This document shows positions 18,333 to 28,410 of a stretch of DNA of 64,000 nucleotides, piece by piece. Position 1 is the stretch's first letter. Every line of letters begins with the position of its first letter. The position numbers and the translations under genes were made by a program. Under the pieces are notes generated by a model. That model saw only the letters and a list, made by a program, of their open reading frames with translations. It searched no databases and had not been told where the DNA came from. Source of the stretch: Candidatus Latescibacterota bacterium (lineage in GTDB: Bacteria; Latescibacterota; UBA2968; UBA8231); contig CBDCDC010000002.1 of the NCBI GenBank assembly GCA_965215195.1, positions 1,280,001-1,344,000 of the forward strand. The letters run 5' to 3'.

Positions 18333-19796
18333 TCACGCCCAAAACGGCACGTAGCCCGATTGCGGATGCTCGGGATCGGCCGCTTTGATAAGTTGCCGGC
18401 CTCGCGCTCGCCGGATCACTTGCGACACTTGTGCGGCATTTCGCGTATCTATGCCTAAACGCGCTCGCAGGCTGCTGTTTTTCATCAATTCTCCATTCAC
18501 GAACCTCAACACGGTGTGCTGATAGCACGCCCGGACGCGCTCTTCGACCGTCATCTCAGCAAACCGACGCGGCGCGAAAAGAACCGCACACGTCGCCTCT
18601 ATCCCTTCTTCCTGTACGCGAAAGTCCGGTGGTGGCAACTGATAAACCTCTACCGCCGCCACGACCTTGTCGATACCCGTACCTTGCTCCTCGCACAACT
18701 TCATGCGTCGCATGAAAGCGGCAAGTGCTTCGTTCCGCGAGCGCGGAGGAGAGTCGATAAATCGATTGGGGCTGATCAGAGGCTTGCCTGGATTGGTGAT
18801 CTCCAGCCGATTGCTGAAGAGTTCAATTGACGGTCCGGCCCCGGTAATGGTCATGTCTTGGTGAATGAGCGCATTGGCAATCAACTCGCGGAGGGCTATC
18901 GGCGGGAACAGCGGCTGCTCAGTGCGAAAAACTGGGTCAATTTGCTCATTGCGCGGCAGCAGCCGGTCGATATAATCGACAATTCTCGCAAAGCCAAGGG
19001 CATAACCGCGTGTTTCGTCGTGCCGGTGAGTTACCGTATTCGCACGACCTTTTCCATTATAGGCCGTGAAGCGCACCGCCTTACGCGCAATCCGCGAATC
19101 GAACTCGTCAAGGCGCTTGGCAAATAGAATCGCGCCCAGATTGGTGATCTTCCAGCGGGCACCGACATCCGGGGCGATGATTTGGTCTTGGTTTAATCGC
19201 TCCAGAATACCTCGCGGATTGACCGGCCGCGGTTGGTCCATAAGCTCGAAGTAGCTCGCATAGTCAATGCGGGCCAGTACAGCATCGTCGGTGAGGAACT
19301 GTGCGGCGATGCCGCTTTCCCAGAAATAGGGCTGGAGTTTGCTCCAGAGTGCTTTTTGGCGGTCGGGATAATCGGACAAGCGCGGCGTTGCGGAGCCGAT
19401 TCGGCAATATGCAGTGCGGTCGAACTCCACCGGACTTGTAGTTGCGGCGGGAATCTCAAGCAAAACCAGCCGGCCCTGCGGATGCTCCACAATCTGAAAT
19501 TTGAATGCGACATCCGGGTTGAGCCGCTGCGTCAGCCAAAATGCGAGGGGCTGGCCTTGGTGTTTGGCTGCATCCGGGTCAAAGCGCGTGCCGGTTATGG
19601 CGTGATCGGAATTCCGTACCCCCCAAAGCAGATAGGCGAAATCTCGCTCTGCCAGCGCAGCGGCATTGGCGAGGGCCGAGAGGTATTTGCCAATCACAGC
19701 GGGCGCAAAGTTGTTCTCCTTAAACTCGACACAGGAGGTCTCGGCAGACGCCGCTAGCAAATCGTCGATTAGCGCGAGGATGCGGGTGCCGTTCAT
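18333..19796 (-). CDS. AlbA_2/Schlafen domain plus RecG-C-terminal-like ATP-binding protein
   Basis: VEFKENN, SALAN, LLWGV; ALRELIANALIHQD, EITNPG, EEQGTGIDKV. Confidence 0.85.
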   Translation of the reverse strand: MNGTRILALIDDLLAASAETSCVEFKENNFAPAVIGKYLSALANAAALAERDFAYLLWGVRNSDHAITGTRFDPDAAKHQGQPLAFWLTQRLNPDVAFKFQIVEHPQGRLVLLEIPAATTSPVEFDRTAYCRIGSATPRLSDYPDRQKALWSKLQPYFWESGIAAQFLTDDAVLARIDYASYFELMDQPRPVNPRGILERLNQDQIIAPDVGARWKITNLGAILFAKRLDEFDSRIARKAVRFTAYNGKGRANTVTHRHDETRGYALGFARIVDYIDRLLPRNEQIDPVFRTEQPLFPPIALRELIANALIHQDMTITGAGPSIELFSNRLEITNPGKPLISPNRFIDSPPRSRNEALAAFMRRMKLCEEQGTGIDKVVAAVEVYQLPPPDFRVQEEGIEATCAVLFAPRRFAEMTVEERVRACYQHTVLRFVNGELMKNSSLRARLGIDTRNAAQVSQVIRRARGRQLIKAADPEHPQSGYVPFWA

Positions 19797-19829
19797 TTAC
19801 TCATCTCCCTGCGAGCCCGTCTAGCGGGT

Positions 19830-20001
19830 GGCGTGGCCGTGCTTGGTGCCGTACTGGGCCATGCGGATCATGGGGTCTCCTCGCTGTAAAGGGGAATCAA
19901 AACCCGAGCAAACGTTGAAGATCGTCGCAACTTTTTGTTTTTACAAGAGATTTTAACATCCGCGACGCCCGTTTGCCGCCCAAAATCAAAACCCGATCAA
20001 A
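19830..20001. repeat. ~172-bp direct repeat, copy 2 (carries an abortive Gfo gene start)
   Basis: Minus strand 19871-19821 reads MIRMAQYGTKHGHATR*; boxes at 19895 and 19984. Confidence 0.95.
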
Positions 20002-20085
20002 AAATCGCGATAAAAGGTCTCGATCTGCTGCAATTACGACTAGCTGCCTACCTTTTCGCCGCATTCGGCTTTGCGACCTATAGGC

Positions 20086-20382
20086 CTAGGTCGGCGAGAT
20101 AGCTCTATCCACGCTCTGCGATACTTTGGCTTGCAAGGGAAATTTTTCCGGGTGCTCAATGGATTCTAGGCTCAGATCTACATCCAAATCCGGCCAATAG
20201 AAGTGGCCGGGCGTGGGCTGCTCAACTTGGAGGATGTTCCCAATCGGGACCTCTTTGAACCAAGGGAAGTCCTCATAAGACAGAAAAAATTCCCGCTCAC
20301 CCACGAGAAGCCATATCCCATGAGTCGATATATTGGTTACTTCAACGTCCAAAGCAGTTTTGCCAAGCTGTTCTGATCTCAT
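20086..20382 (-). CDS. DUF2442 family antitoxin
   Basis: EVTNISTHGIWLL..FPWFK..WPDLDVDLSLESI. Confidence 0.8.
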   Translation of the reverse strand: MRSEQLGKTALDVEVTNISTHGIWLLVGEREFFLSYEDFPWFKEVPIGNILQVEQPTPGHFYWPDLDVDLSLESIEHPEKFPLQAKVSQSVDRAISPT

Positions 20383-20547
20383 CGTAGTGCCTCTCAATAA
20401 TCTGCTCAATTTCCCTAAGTCGGGGCCGCGATAACCTGTAGTTGCGGGCCAACTCAATCTGCGCTTCCCCATCGCCGCAATAGATGTGAACGTGCATCCT
20501 TGGTTCTTCGCGAGAGAAAAAGTAAAAGCGAATACCGTTGGACTCAT
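20342..20547 (-). pseudogene. Frameshifted DUF4160 family toxin
   Basis: MSPTV start is out of frame with GIRFYFFSREEPRMHVHI...IRTAWQNCFG. Confidence 0.75.
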
Positions 20548-20592
20548 AGTTCCGGTTCAAAGCCTGACAGCCACTATACAGCGGCTTCCACA

Positions 20593-21360
20593 TCAGCGCC
20601 CCATCCACCCGCCATCGACGATCGCGATGGACCCATGCACGTAGTCGGCCGCTCGCGACGACAGCCACACCACCGCGCCTTTTAAGTCGTCCGGCGTGCC
20701 CCACCGCCCCGCTGGAATCCTCACCAGTAGCTGCTCGTTGCGCACTGGATCGTCGCGCAGAGCTTGGTTGTTGTCCGTGGCGATATATCCGGGCGCAATG
20801 GCATTGACGTTGACCCCGCGACCGGCCCACTCGTTGGCCAGTGCCATCGTCAACTGCCCGATCCCGCCCTTGGCCGCAGCATAGCCCGGCACGGTGATCC
20901 CGCCTTGGAAGGTCAGCACCGAAGCGGTAAAGACGATCTTGCCCCGGCCGCGGGCTAGCATCTGCTTGCCGAATTCCCGCGCCAGCACGAATTGGGCGTT
21001 TAAGTTGACCTCGATGACCTGGTCCCAGTCTTCGTCTGCATGTTCCTCGGCCGGGGCGCGCCGAATGGTACCGGCGTTGTTGATGAGGATGTCGATCGGG
21101 CCGACCTCGGCGTGGACCTGCTCGACGAAGGCGCGGACGGCCGCTCGGTCGCCGAAATCGCAGGCATAGCCCTTGAAGCGCTTGCCGCGCTCGGCAATGT
21201 CTTTGCCAACTTCGGAATCTGCTTCGAGCGAGGCGCTGACGCCGACGATATCCGCTCCGGCCTCGGCCAATGCTTGCGCGAACCCGCGCCCGATGCCGCG
21301 GCGGCACCCGGTGACCAGTGCTGTTTGGCCATCGAGCTTAAAAAGATCTAGGATACTCAT
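20593..21360 (-). CDS. kduD: SDR, 2-deoxy-D-gluconate 3-dehydrogenase-like
   Basis: TGCRRGIG, FQGGITVPGYAAAKGG, NAIAPGYIATDN, VDGGWMGR. Confidence 0.8.
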   Translation of the reverse strand: MSILDLFKLDGQTALVTGCRRGIGRGFAQALAEAGADIVGVSASLEADSEVGKDIAERGKRFKGYACDFGDRAAVRAFVEQVHAEVGPIDILINNAGTIRRAPAEEHADEDWDQVIEVNLNAQFVLAREFGKQMLARGRGKIVFTASVLTFQGGITVPGYAAAKGGIGQLTMALANEWAGRGVNVNAIAPGYIATDNNQALRDDPVRNEQLLVRIPAGRWGTPDDLKGAVVWLSSRAADYVHGSIAIVDGGWMGR

Positions 21361-21361
21361 G

Positions 21362-22384
21362 TTATTCCCCTTGCGTGTCGATTAAAATTTTGACTGCGTC
21401 GGTTCCCGCCGCCAGCCGGGCAAAGGCAGCGGGCAGCGCGTCTAAGGGAAGGCGCTCGGTAATCAGCTCGTTGAGCGGCAGTGCGCCGCTGGCGGCCAGC
21501 TCAATGGCGCGGTCGTAGTCCTCGGGTTCGTACACGCGCACACCGCACATTTTTAGCTCGCGCCAGAAGAACTGAAAGAGATCGACTTTAGGGGCCGAGG
21601 CGAAGATCGCCACCACCACGATCCGCCCCCGAACCTTGGCGAGCTGAGTCATCACCTCGGCCCCGGCCGGTGAGCCGGAGACCTCAAAAACTGCGTCGGC
21701 CCCGCCTCCGTCGGTCCAAGCCTCGACGTGGGCGACCAAGTCCTCCTCTAGCGGATGGACGGTTTCCAGCCCCAGCGCACGGGCCGCCTTGAGCCGATAG
21801 GCATTGACCTCAGCGACCCGCACCTCGGCCCCGGTGTGCTGCGCCACCAGCGCATTGAGCAAACCGATCGGGCCGCCGCCGATCACCACCACCTTCTCGC
21901 CCGGCTTCACCTCGCCCAAGCGCACGTCGTGGCAGGCGACCGCCAGCGGCTCAACTAAGGCACCCAGCGCCAGTGGCATGTCGTCTGGCAGGCGGTGCAA
22001 GGTATGGGCTGGCACCGTCCACGACCCCTGAAAGGCCCCCGGACTGTCGATGCCAATGAAGTTTAGGTTCTGGCAGATATGGCCGTTGCCGGCGTTGCAG
22101 GCCGCGCACGCGCCACAAGCCTCTAAGGGGCGCACTACGACCGGATCGCCCACGGCCCAGCCTTGGACGCCGGTCCCGACTTCCGCGATCCGCCCGGACA
22201 TCTCGTGTCCAATGACTTGGGGCATGTCGATCCGACGGTCCTGATGGCCGAGGTAAATGTGAATATCCGTGCCGCACACCCCGCAATAGGCCACCTCGAT
22301 CCGCACCTGATCCGCGCTGGGGGATTGTACTCGGCACTCGCCGATTGCGACCGTGCGGTTGCCCCAGTAATAGGCCGCCTTCAT
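21362..22384 (-). CDS. Zn-dependent alcohol/sugar-acid dehydrogenase
   Basis: CGTD, GHEMSG, four-Cys Zn loop, GGGPIG. Confidence 0.9.
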   Translation of the reverse strand: MKAAYYWGNRTVAIGECRVQSPSADQVRIEVAYCGVCGTDIHIYLGHQDRRIDMPQVIGHEMSGRIAEVGTGVQGWAVGDPVVVRPLEACGACAACNAGNGHICQNLNFIGIDSPGAFQGSWTVPAHTLHRLPDDMPLALGALVEPLAVACHDVRLGEVKPGEKVVVIGGGPIGLLNALVAQHTGAEVRVAEVNAYRLKAARALGLETVHPLEEDLVAHVEAWTDGGGADAVFEVSGSPAGAEVMTQLAKVRGRIVVVAIFASAPKVDLFQFFWRELKMCGVRVYEPEDYDRAIELAASGALPLNELITERLPLDALPAAFARLAAGTDAVKILIDTQGE

Positions 22385-24279
22385 CGCAGATGCCAGTCCG
22401 CGTCTGCGAGCGCCTCGTAGATCACGCCGCCCTCCACCTGCTCGGGCATGGGGATGCCCAGCAAGTAGCACAGGGTCGGCGCGACATCCACCGCCCGCAC
22501 CTGCCGCTTGAGCGCCAGCCCTTGCTTGACGCCGGCACCGGCCAGTACGAACGTGCAATGCTGCCCGCCGATGCCGAGGGTGGCCGAGGGTAGCTGCTTG
22601 CCGTGCGCTCCGTCGTATTCGGGCCGCAGCGCATAGACCACGTCGCCCACGAGCTCGCCCGACAGATTGACCATCTCGGCGTCTTCCCGCGTCAGGGCGA
22701 GGGCAAAAGGACAGTGCCCGGTCTGGGGATGGCGATAGGCGTGAAGGGCTTCGATGAGGTCGAGCCGCGTCTGCTCGTAGTCGCTTGGCTCGACGATCCC
22801 GGTAGGCTCGCGCCCCTTGAGATTGATGAAGATGTGGACCAGCCCCACATTGGCCGCAAGCGTCCGCTGCCAGTCGAGCTGTTTTTTTTCTGCGTCTGCG
22901 TAGGCCAAAAAGCCCGCCTGTTCCAGCACCTCGGCGATATCGACCGGCCGGTGCTGGTTGGGGGTGCCGCCGTGGTCGGAGACGACCGCAACGACCGCGT
23001 CGTCGTCGGCCAGCTCGACTAAGCGGCCGATCATGCGATCTATGGAGGCGTAGGTCTGGGCCACGCCCGCTTGGCAGCGCGTTAGGGTGTGCGGATCGGC
23101 CCCGCTGCATTCGTCGGCCTGCGACAAGAAGAAGTGGCTGGTGTAGTCCGAGGCGTGGGTTTCGATGAACAGCACGTCCCAGTCGTTGCTCGCCGTCAGG
23201 TAGTCAGCTACATCGGCCAACCGCTGGTGGTGGAAGTCCAACAGCTCGAAATAGGTCGCGTCGTCGACCACGCCCAAAGCGTCGCGCCCGGGATTTTGCA
23301 GGAAATTGCCGACGTGTTCGTCGATCTGCTGCGCCACTTCCTCCGGCTGGGTGTAGCCAGTGGCCGGCCAGACCTGGGGCACAAAAAGCTCGAAGACATC
23401 GCCTGCTGCGCTCAGGCTGACGAGCTTCATGCACACGTAGCCTTCAAGCGCTTGGCCGTCGATCGCAAAGCCGTCCTTCCACCACTCGGTCCACTGGCCT
23501 ACCGCGAGCTCGGCGACCCGATCACTCGCGTCGCGGCTGCGGCAGACGAGCAGCCGGTCGTAGCCCTTGGCGGCTGAGGCGTATATCAGACCGTAGAAAT
23601 GCTTAGGCGTCCCCGCTCGGCTCAAGTGCATGTCCGGTCGGCCGCGCTTGAGCGGCTCGATGACCAGCACCACTTCTTTGGGCGGCAGCGCGGATGCGGG
23701 CGCACCTTGCCACCCCGCCGCCGGGACGATCGCCACCGGATCGACGCTGCGCACCTTTTGTAGGGCACTCGGGTCCAGCGTCTCGGGATCGCGCGGCCCC
23801 CCGATTGGCCGCGGCGTCCAGCCGCCGGCGACAAAGAGATGGTAGCCGGTGATCTGATGCACATTGGACACGCCCGGGCCGGTGCCCTCAACTTGGATGC
23901 CGGTCTGCACGGTCGGTGGCCACGACATTTCCCATTTGACCAAGATCGGCTTTTTGCCGGCCCGCTCAACCGTGTTCCACAAGTACTCGGCCTGCGAGAG
24001 CTGAGTGTTGATCCCCCACACTGTCTCGTCGAGACGCCCACCTAACTTGCGGATGTTGAAGTCCATCACCTGATGGGTTCCCGGCCAAGCCCCGGTCGAA
24101 GTGGCCGTCCAGCCGGGTGGCGTCAGGGTTGGAAAGACGCCGATCATGGGCCGGTTGACGCCTTGCGCCATGAGCTGACCCAAGTGGGGCATATGCCCTT
24201 CTGCGACCATGTGCTGCACTAACTCCATGGCGGCACCGTCCATGCCGATGACGATGGCGCGTTTGGCTGGGCTGTTCAT
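22381..24279 (-). CDS. Alkaline phosphatase superfamily / nucleotide pyrophosphatase
   Basis: IGMDGA, PTLTPPGW, VSDHG, VDVAPT. Confidence 0.82.
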   Translation of the reverse strand: MNSPAKRAIVIGMDGAAMELVQHMVAEGHMPHLGQLMAQGVNRPMIGVFPTLTPPGWTATSTGAWPGTHQVMDFNIRKLGGRLDETVWGINTQLSQAEYLWNTVERAGKKPILVKWEMSWPPTVQTGIQVEGTGPGVSNVHQITGYHLFVAGGWTPRPIGGPRDPETLDPSALQKVRSVDPVAIVPAAGWQGAPASALPPKEVVLVIEPLKRGRPDMHLSRAGTPKHFYGLIYASAAKGYDRLLVCRSRDASDRVAELAVGQWTEWWKDGFAIDGQALEGYVCMKLVSLSAAGDVFELFVPQVWPATGYTQPEEVAQQIDEHVGNFLQNPGRDALGVVDDATYFELLDFHHQRLADVADYLTASNDWDVLFIETHASDYTSHFFLSQADECSGADPHTLTRCQAGVAQTYASIDRMIGRLVELADDDAVVAVVSDHGGTPNQHRPVDIAEVLEQAGFLAYADAEKKQLDWQRTLAANVGLVHIFINLKGREPTGIVEPSDYEQTRLDLIEALHAYRHPQTGHCPFALALTREDAEMVNLSGELVGDVVYALRPEYDGAHGKQLPSATLGIGGQHCTFVLAGAGVKQGLALKRQVRAVDVAPTLCYLLGIPMPEQVEGGVIYEALADADWHLR

Positions 24280-24332
24280 TGACAAACTCCTCGTTGCGGA
24301 TGGTTGGATTGCGTCGTGCATTCTCGCTCCTA

Positions 24333-24930
24333 TTAGCTGCCGTCATTCGAGTCAAACAGCTCGTGTTTCTTTGACTTCTTCGGCGGCTTGTGCATTTCGT
24401 CTGGGACGGTCGGCAGTTCGGCGGCTTGGAAGCAGTCGCTGGCAACGACAGCTTTGAGTAGCCGCTTCTGTTCGGGATAGTCCTTCACCGTTGCTTCCAA
24501 AACCCAGAGCAATTCGAGTAATTTCGTGGTAAACTGACTGGTCCAGTGTGCGGGGCGGATAGCGTTGAGGGGCGACGACTTCTTGCCGGCCCCTTGCTTC
24601 ATGCGGTACTTGAGCCAAGACGGCACGACCTTGAGGCCCGAGACTTCGAACTCGTAGACCTCAAGTGTGACCGGCGCGAACTCGCCCTCGCCGACGCGGA
24701 GCGTCCCTGTCGCGTCACTGTAGTCGAACGTTTCGGGGTAGCCCTCGGCGTCGCCGGGAACTGCTTTAGTGCATTTGGCCGTACCGGGCGGAATGCGACC
24801 GCCTGTCTGTCCTTTGGGAACAAAACGCTCGCCATAGGTGTGCAGCCACAGCAGCCGCGCTCCTGTCTTGCGGACCTTCTCGAACAGGGCCGCATCCTTT
24901 GTGATAGGTACGCACAGTTTGCGCGTGATG
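24333..24930 (-). pseudogene. Isolated C-terminal specificity domain of a Type ISP restriction-modification enzyme
   Basis: Open frame without start: VPITKD..LLWLHTYGERF..FEVSGLKVVPSWLKYRMK.GAGKKSSPL..LLELLWVLEAT. Confidence 0.7.
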
Positions 24931-24939
24931 GCCTTTCTA

Positions 24940-26415
24940 TTACAAGCCGAGGCGCTCGTACTGCTCTGGCGGTGCTTCGCACGCTTCCATCTGCTCGCGC
25001 AACAGCCCCTGCATCCGCTGCGCTAGGACCGCGTCGGCGAGCGGGGCCTCCTGTCGCGGATCGCGCGCTAGGTCGAAGAGCAGGGTCCCGTACTCGTGCT
25101 GCTTGGTCCGGGTGTGTCCTTTTGTCCGCAGCAGCCGACAGCCCTTGCTGAAACCAAACGGCTCGGCTAGCTCCACGCCGGCAAATTCATCGACTGAGAA
25201 TAAGTCGCGCATGTGCGCGGGCATGAGCGTGTAGTTGTACAGGGGCTGGTTGTCCGGGCGGGTGGGGGCGCGCATGTACACGTAGCGGCCGTCGGTGACG
25301 TTCACCTGCCCGCCGTGGTTGCCGAAAATCGCGGCCTCGCGCACGGGTGAGTCGCTCGCGCAGACCTCGCGCAGGCTCTGGCCCAGCATGTCCGCGGCCG
25401 GCTCCATGCCGAAGAGATCGAGCAAGGTCGGTCCCAAGTCGAGCGACGGCTGCACCAAGCTCTGCCGCCGCTGGCCCGCTTGGCCGCAGCCGGGGTCCCA
25501 GACGAAGAACGGCGTGTTGGACAGCTCGCGGTACCAAGGCATCTGCACCTTGGCCCACAGGTCGTGCTCCCCGAGCAAGAAGCCGTGGTCGGTCCACACG
25601 ACGAGCATGGTGTCGTCCCACAGCGCCAGCCGGTCCATCTCGTCGAGGATGTCGCCGAGGCGGGCGTCGCACATGCTCAGCAGGGAGGCGTAGTGTCCCC
25701 GGCATTGATCGACGAGTGCTTGCTCTTCGGTCACCGGGCCGTAGGTCGGCCAGTCGAACAGCAGGGACGAGCGGTTCTTAAAAAGCTCCGGGTAGAGGTC
25801 TTGGTATGGGCGCTGGGTGAAAAACGGCTCGTGCGGATCAAAAGTCTCAATCTGCAAAAACCAGTTGTCTTCTGCGTGGTTGCGGCGGATGAACTCAACG
25901 CCGGCCTTAAAGGTCTGCGCCTGGGGCTGGTCCTCCTCGCGGCGCATGTATTGCCGGTTGACGCGGTCTTGGCGGTGCCACATGCTGCGGCCCGCATTGC
26001 TCGCGTGCGCTTGTACGGGTGGCGGGTCGGCCACCTGCCCGATCCACGGATCGCCCTCTTGGCCGCGGAAGAACTGCCAAGTGCTGTACTGGGTGTGGTA
26101 CGTGGCCCCGCCGGTCTCCCAGTAGTGGTAGTGGTCGCTGATGAGGTGCGACGAGACGCCGGCGTTGTGCAGCATGCGCGGCACAGAGTCGTCAAAAGGC
26201 TCCAGTGGCCCCCAAGAGCGGTGGAGAAAGTTGGGCCGCCCGGTGTGCAAATCGCGGCGGGCCGGCATACACGGCATGGAGCAGACGTAGCTGGTGTCGA
26301 ACGTGAGAGACCGCTCGGCGAGCCGCTGGAAGTTGGGCGCGTGCGTCCAGTCGCAGCCGTAGGGCGGCAACATGTGCCGGTTGAGTGAGTCGAACATGAC
26401 CATAATTGCTTTCAT
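24940..26415 (-). CDS. Sulfatase
   Basis: MFDSLNR, CMPARRDLHTGR, DPHEPF, TDHG. Confidence 0.92.
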   Translation of the reverse strand: MKAIMVMFDSLNRHMLPPYGCDWTHAPNFQRLAERSLTFDTSYVCSMPCMPARRDLHTGRPNFLHRSWGPLEPFDDSVPRMLHNAGVSSHLISDHYHYWETGGATYHTQYSTWQFFRGQEGDPWIGQVADPPPVQAHASNAGRSMWHRQDRVNRQYMRREEDQPQAQTFKAGVEFIRRNHAEDNWFLQIETFDPHEPFFTQRPYQDLYPELFKNRSSLLFDWPTYGPVTEEQALVDQCRGHYASLLSMCDARLGDILDEMDRLALWDDTMLVVWTDHGFLLGEHDLWAKVQMPWYRELSNTPFFVWDPGCGQAGQRRQSLVQPSLDLGPTLLDLFGMEPAADMLGQSLREVCASDSPVREAAIFGNHGGQVNVTDGRYVYMRAPTRPDNQPLYNYTLMPAHMRDLFSVDEFAGVELAEPFGFSKGCRLLRTKGHTRTKQHEYGTLLFDLARDPRQEAPLADAVLAQRMQGLLREQMEACEAPPEQYERLGL

Positions 26416-27467
26416 GCGCTTACCTCGGGTAGGAGTTGTAGGAATTGGACGGCCTGTTGCCCGCGCTCGGATTCGGGATCGCGTCGCGCAATGCGCCGCA
26501 ATTGGTACAGGGCCCGCTCGTCGCCAGCCCGCGCTAAGGACAGGGCCTCGGCAAACCCTTGATCCCCCCAGCGGGACAACTGCGGCACCACTTGCAGGTC
26601 TAGGCCCTGCCAATAGTATTGCAAGGCTTTGCTTTGCCAGCCCGCGTAGCAGGCTTCCCAGTTAAAGCCGGTGACGCCGCTCAGGTGCGGCTCCAACATG
26701 TGCCGCGCAATGGGCTCGTGCCGCGCCTGATAGCGGTTGTCGAGCGAAATGCGCAGGCGGTCTTGCGTGTAGTTGGGCAGGGCTTGGTGGACGGTCAGGC
26801 TCGGAAAGATCAGGGCGTCTCCGGCTTCGTAATGGGCGCTGAGCCAGCGCCCGGTCAGCTCGGATTCATCTACGGCCAAGCCGCCGGCCCCCAACGAGAA
26901 GTGGTGCTCCCGCACCTTGCCGATCGCGTGCGACCCGGGCAGCACCGCCAACCCCCCCAACTCCAGCGGACAATCTCCCACGGGGGCCCAGAAGGTATAG
27001 GTATTGAAACTGCCTTGGAAGTGGACGAAGTCTTGGTGCATGGGCGTGGTGTGCTCGGTGTATTGGGGAAACCACAGCCGGGCGATCTTCTGGGGATGCG
27101 GCAGGACTGGGCCACCGACGACTTGCTCCATCACGGCTAAGACCTCCGGCCAATGTCCGGCTTGGTGAAAGGCCTCCAAGCGGTACACCCGGTGATACAC
27201 CTCGGCGTACTCGGGATCGCCTTCGGTACACTGCGCCCCGATTCGCGCAATGCCGTCCATGGGGTCTGTGCCGGCGACCAACCACCCGGCCTCCATCAAC
27301 ACCTCGGCTATCTCCCGCCGCAGGGATAGCAGCTTGTCTTTGGCCATGATCTGCCGCAAGAAGATGTACCCTTGTTCGTCCAGTCGCCGCCGCAGCTCGG
27401 CGCTGTCTCCGAGGGCATCGTTGGCCTCTTGCAGCAAGCCGACTTCACTCGCGTCTTTTTCTGTCAT
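26412..27467 (-). CDS. Phytanoyl-CoA dioxygenase (PhyH) family
   Basis: HQD motif, LPGSH, distal H, R.S.D.RY. Confidence 0.88.
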   Translation of the reverse strand: MTEKDASEVGLLQEANDALGDSAELRRRLDEQGYIFLRQIMAKDKLLSLRREIAEVLMEAGWLVAGTDPMDGIARIGAQCTEGDPEYAEVYHRVYRLEAFHQAGHWPEVLAVMEQVVGGPVLPHPQKIARLWFPQYTEHTTPMHQDFVHFQGSFNTYTFWAPVGDCPLELGGLAVLPGSHAIGKVREHHFSLGAGGLAVDESELTGRWLSAHYEAGDALIFPSLTVHQALPNYTQDRLRISLDNRYQARHEPIARHMLEPHLSGVTGFNWEACYAGWQSKALQYYWQGLDLQVVPQLSRWGDQGFAEALSLARAGDERALYQLRRIARRDPESERGQQAVQFLQLLPEVSA

Positions 27468-27477
27468 CAGGCTCGTC

Positions 27478-28290
27478 CTAACGCGCGGCTGGCTCGACGT
27501 CGTTTTCCCGAAACCCAGCCACGATGATGTTGTTGTTGCGCTCCAGCACGTTGTCTTGGTCGATCCGCTGCGGATTGTCCGCAGCCCGTCCCACCGGCCG
27601 CAGGGCCGTGCTGTGATAGCCAAAGCGCACGGACTTGCGCCAAGCGTCCGTGCGGTTGCAATCCGACCAGTGGATCGTCTGGTAGCTGAAAAAGATCACG
27701 TCGCCGCGCTGGGCCGGCACGGCCACGCTGTCGAGGTGCTCGGGATGGTACTGCGCGGGCGGTAGATGCGGAGCCGTATCCGGCCCTAGCACGTGCTCCA
27801 ACGGCCCCTGCTTGTGGCTGCCCGGCACGACCATCAGCGCCCCGCTCTCCAGCGGCGTGTCGTCCAAGTGCAACAAGCAGTCCACGAAATCCGGGCCGTC
27901 GTGCGGGTAAAACGGATAGTCTTGGTGCATGGGAAAGGGCGTACCTTTCTCCGGCGGCTTGGCGTGCAGGACCGTGTGGTGCCACTGCACCGGGCCGTCG
28001 ATGAGCTGCCGCACGCAGGCGATCATCGGCTCGTGAAAGAGGACTCGGCCCCAAGCGGCCGAGTAAAAGTGCGGGTTGTGCATGAAGACCGCCCGCGTGT
28101 TGAGCCGGTCTTCGTCGTCGAGGTAGCGATCGCGCCAAGGGCCGACCCAGCCGATCGTCTCCTGCCCCCACTGCTCGATCACCCGCACCATCTCCGCGGC
28201 CAGCTCTGCGGTTTCCTCGGGCGCGAAAAGCTGGGGAACCTTGAGATAACCCTGTTCGCGGTAGTGCGCTACCTGCTCCTTGCTCAGCAT
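27478..28290 (-). CDS. Phytanoyl-CoA dioxygenase (PhyH) family
   Basis: KPP, HQDY, VPGSH, TIHWS. Confidence 0.9.
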   Translation of the reverse strand: MLSKEQVAHYREQGYLKVPQLFAPEETAELAAEMVRVIEQWGQETIGWVGPWRDRYLDDEDRLNTRAVFMHNPHFYSAAWGRVLFHEPMIACVRQLIDGPVQWHHTVLHAKPPEKGTPFPMHQDYPFYPHDGPDFVDCLLHLDDTPLESGALMVVPGSHKQGPLEHVLGPDTAPHLPPAQYHPEHLDSVAVPAQRGDVIFFSYQTIHWSDCNRTDAWRKSVRFGYHSTALRPVGRAADNPQRIDQDNVLERNNNIIVAGFRENDVEPAAR

Positions 28291-28410
28291 GTCTAGCTCC
28301 TTTGGGAAAGTTCAGTGGCAAGTGCCGCTAGGGACTAATCGTTCTTCCTTCACTGACGCGCCCCTGCTGGCCGACGCCAGCGCGGGGGCACCTGTTTCAC
28401 GAGGATCGCA

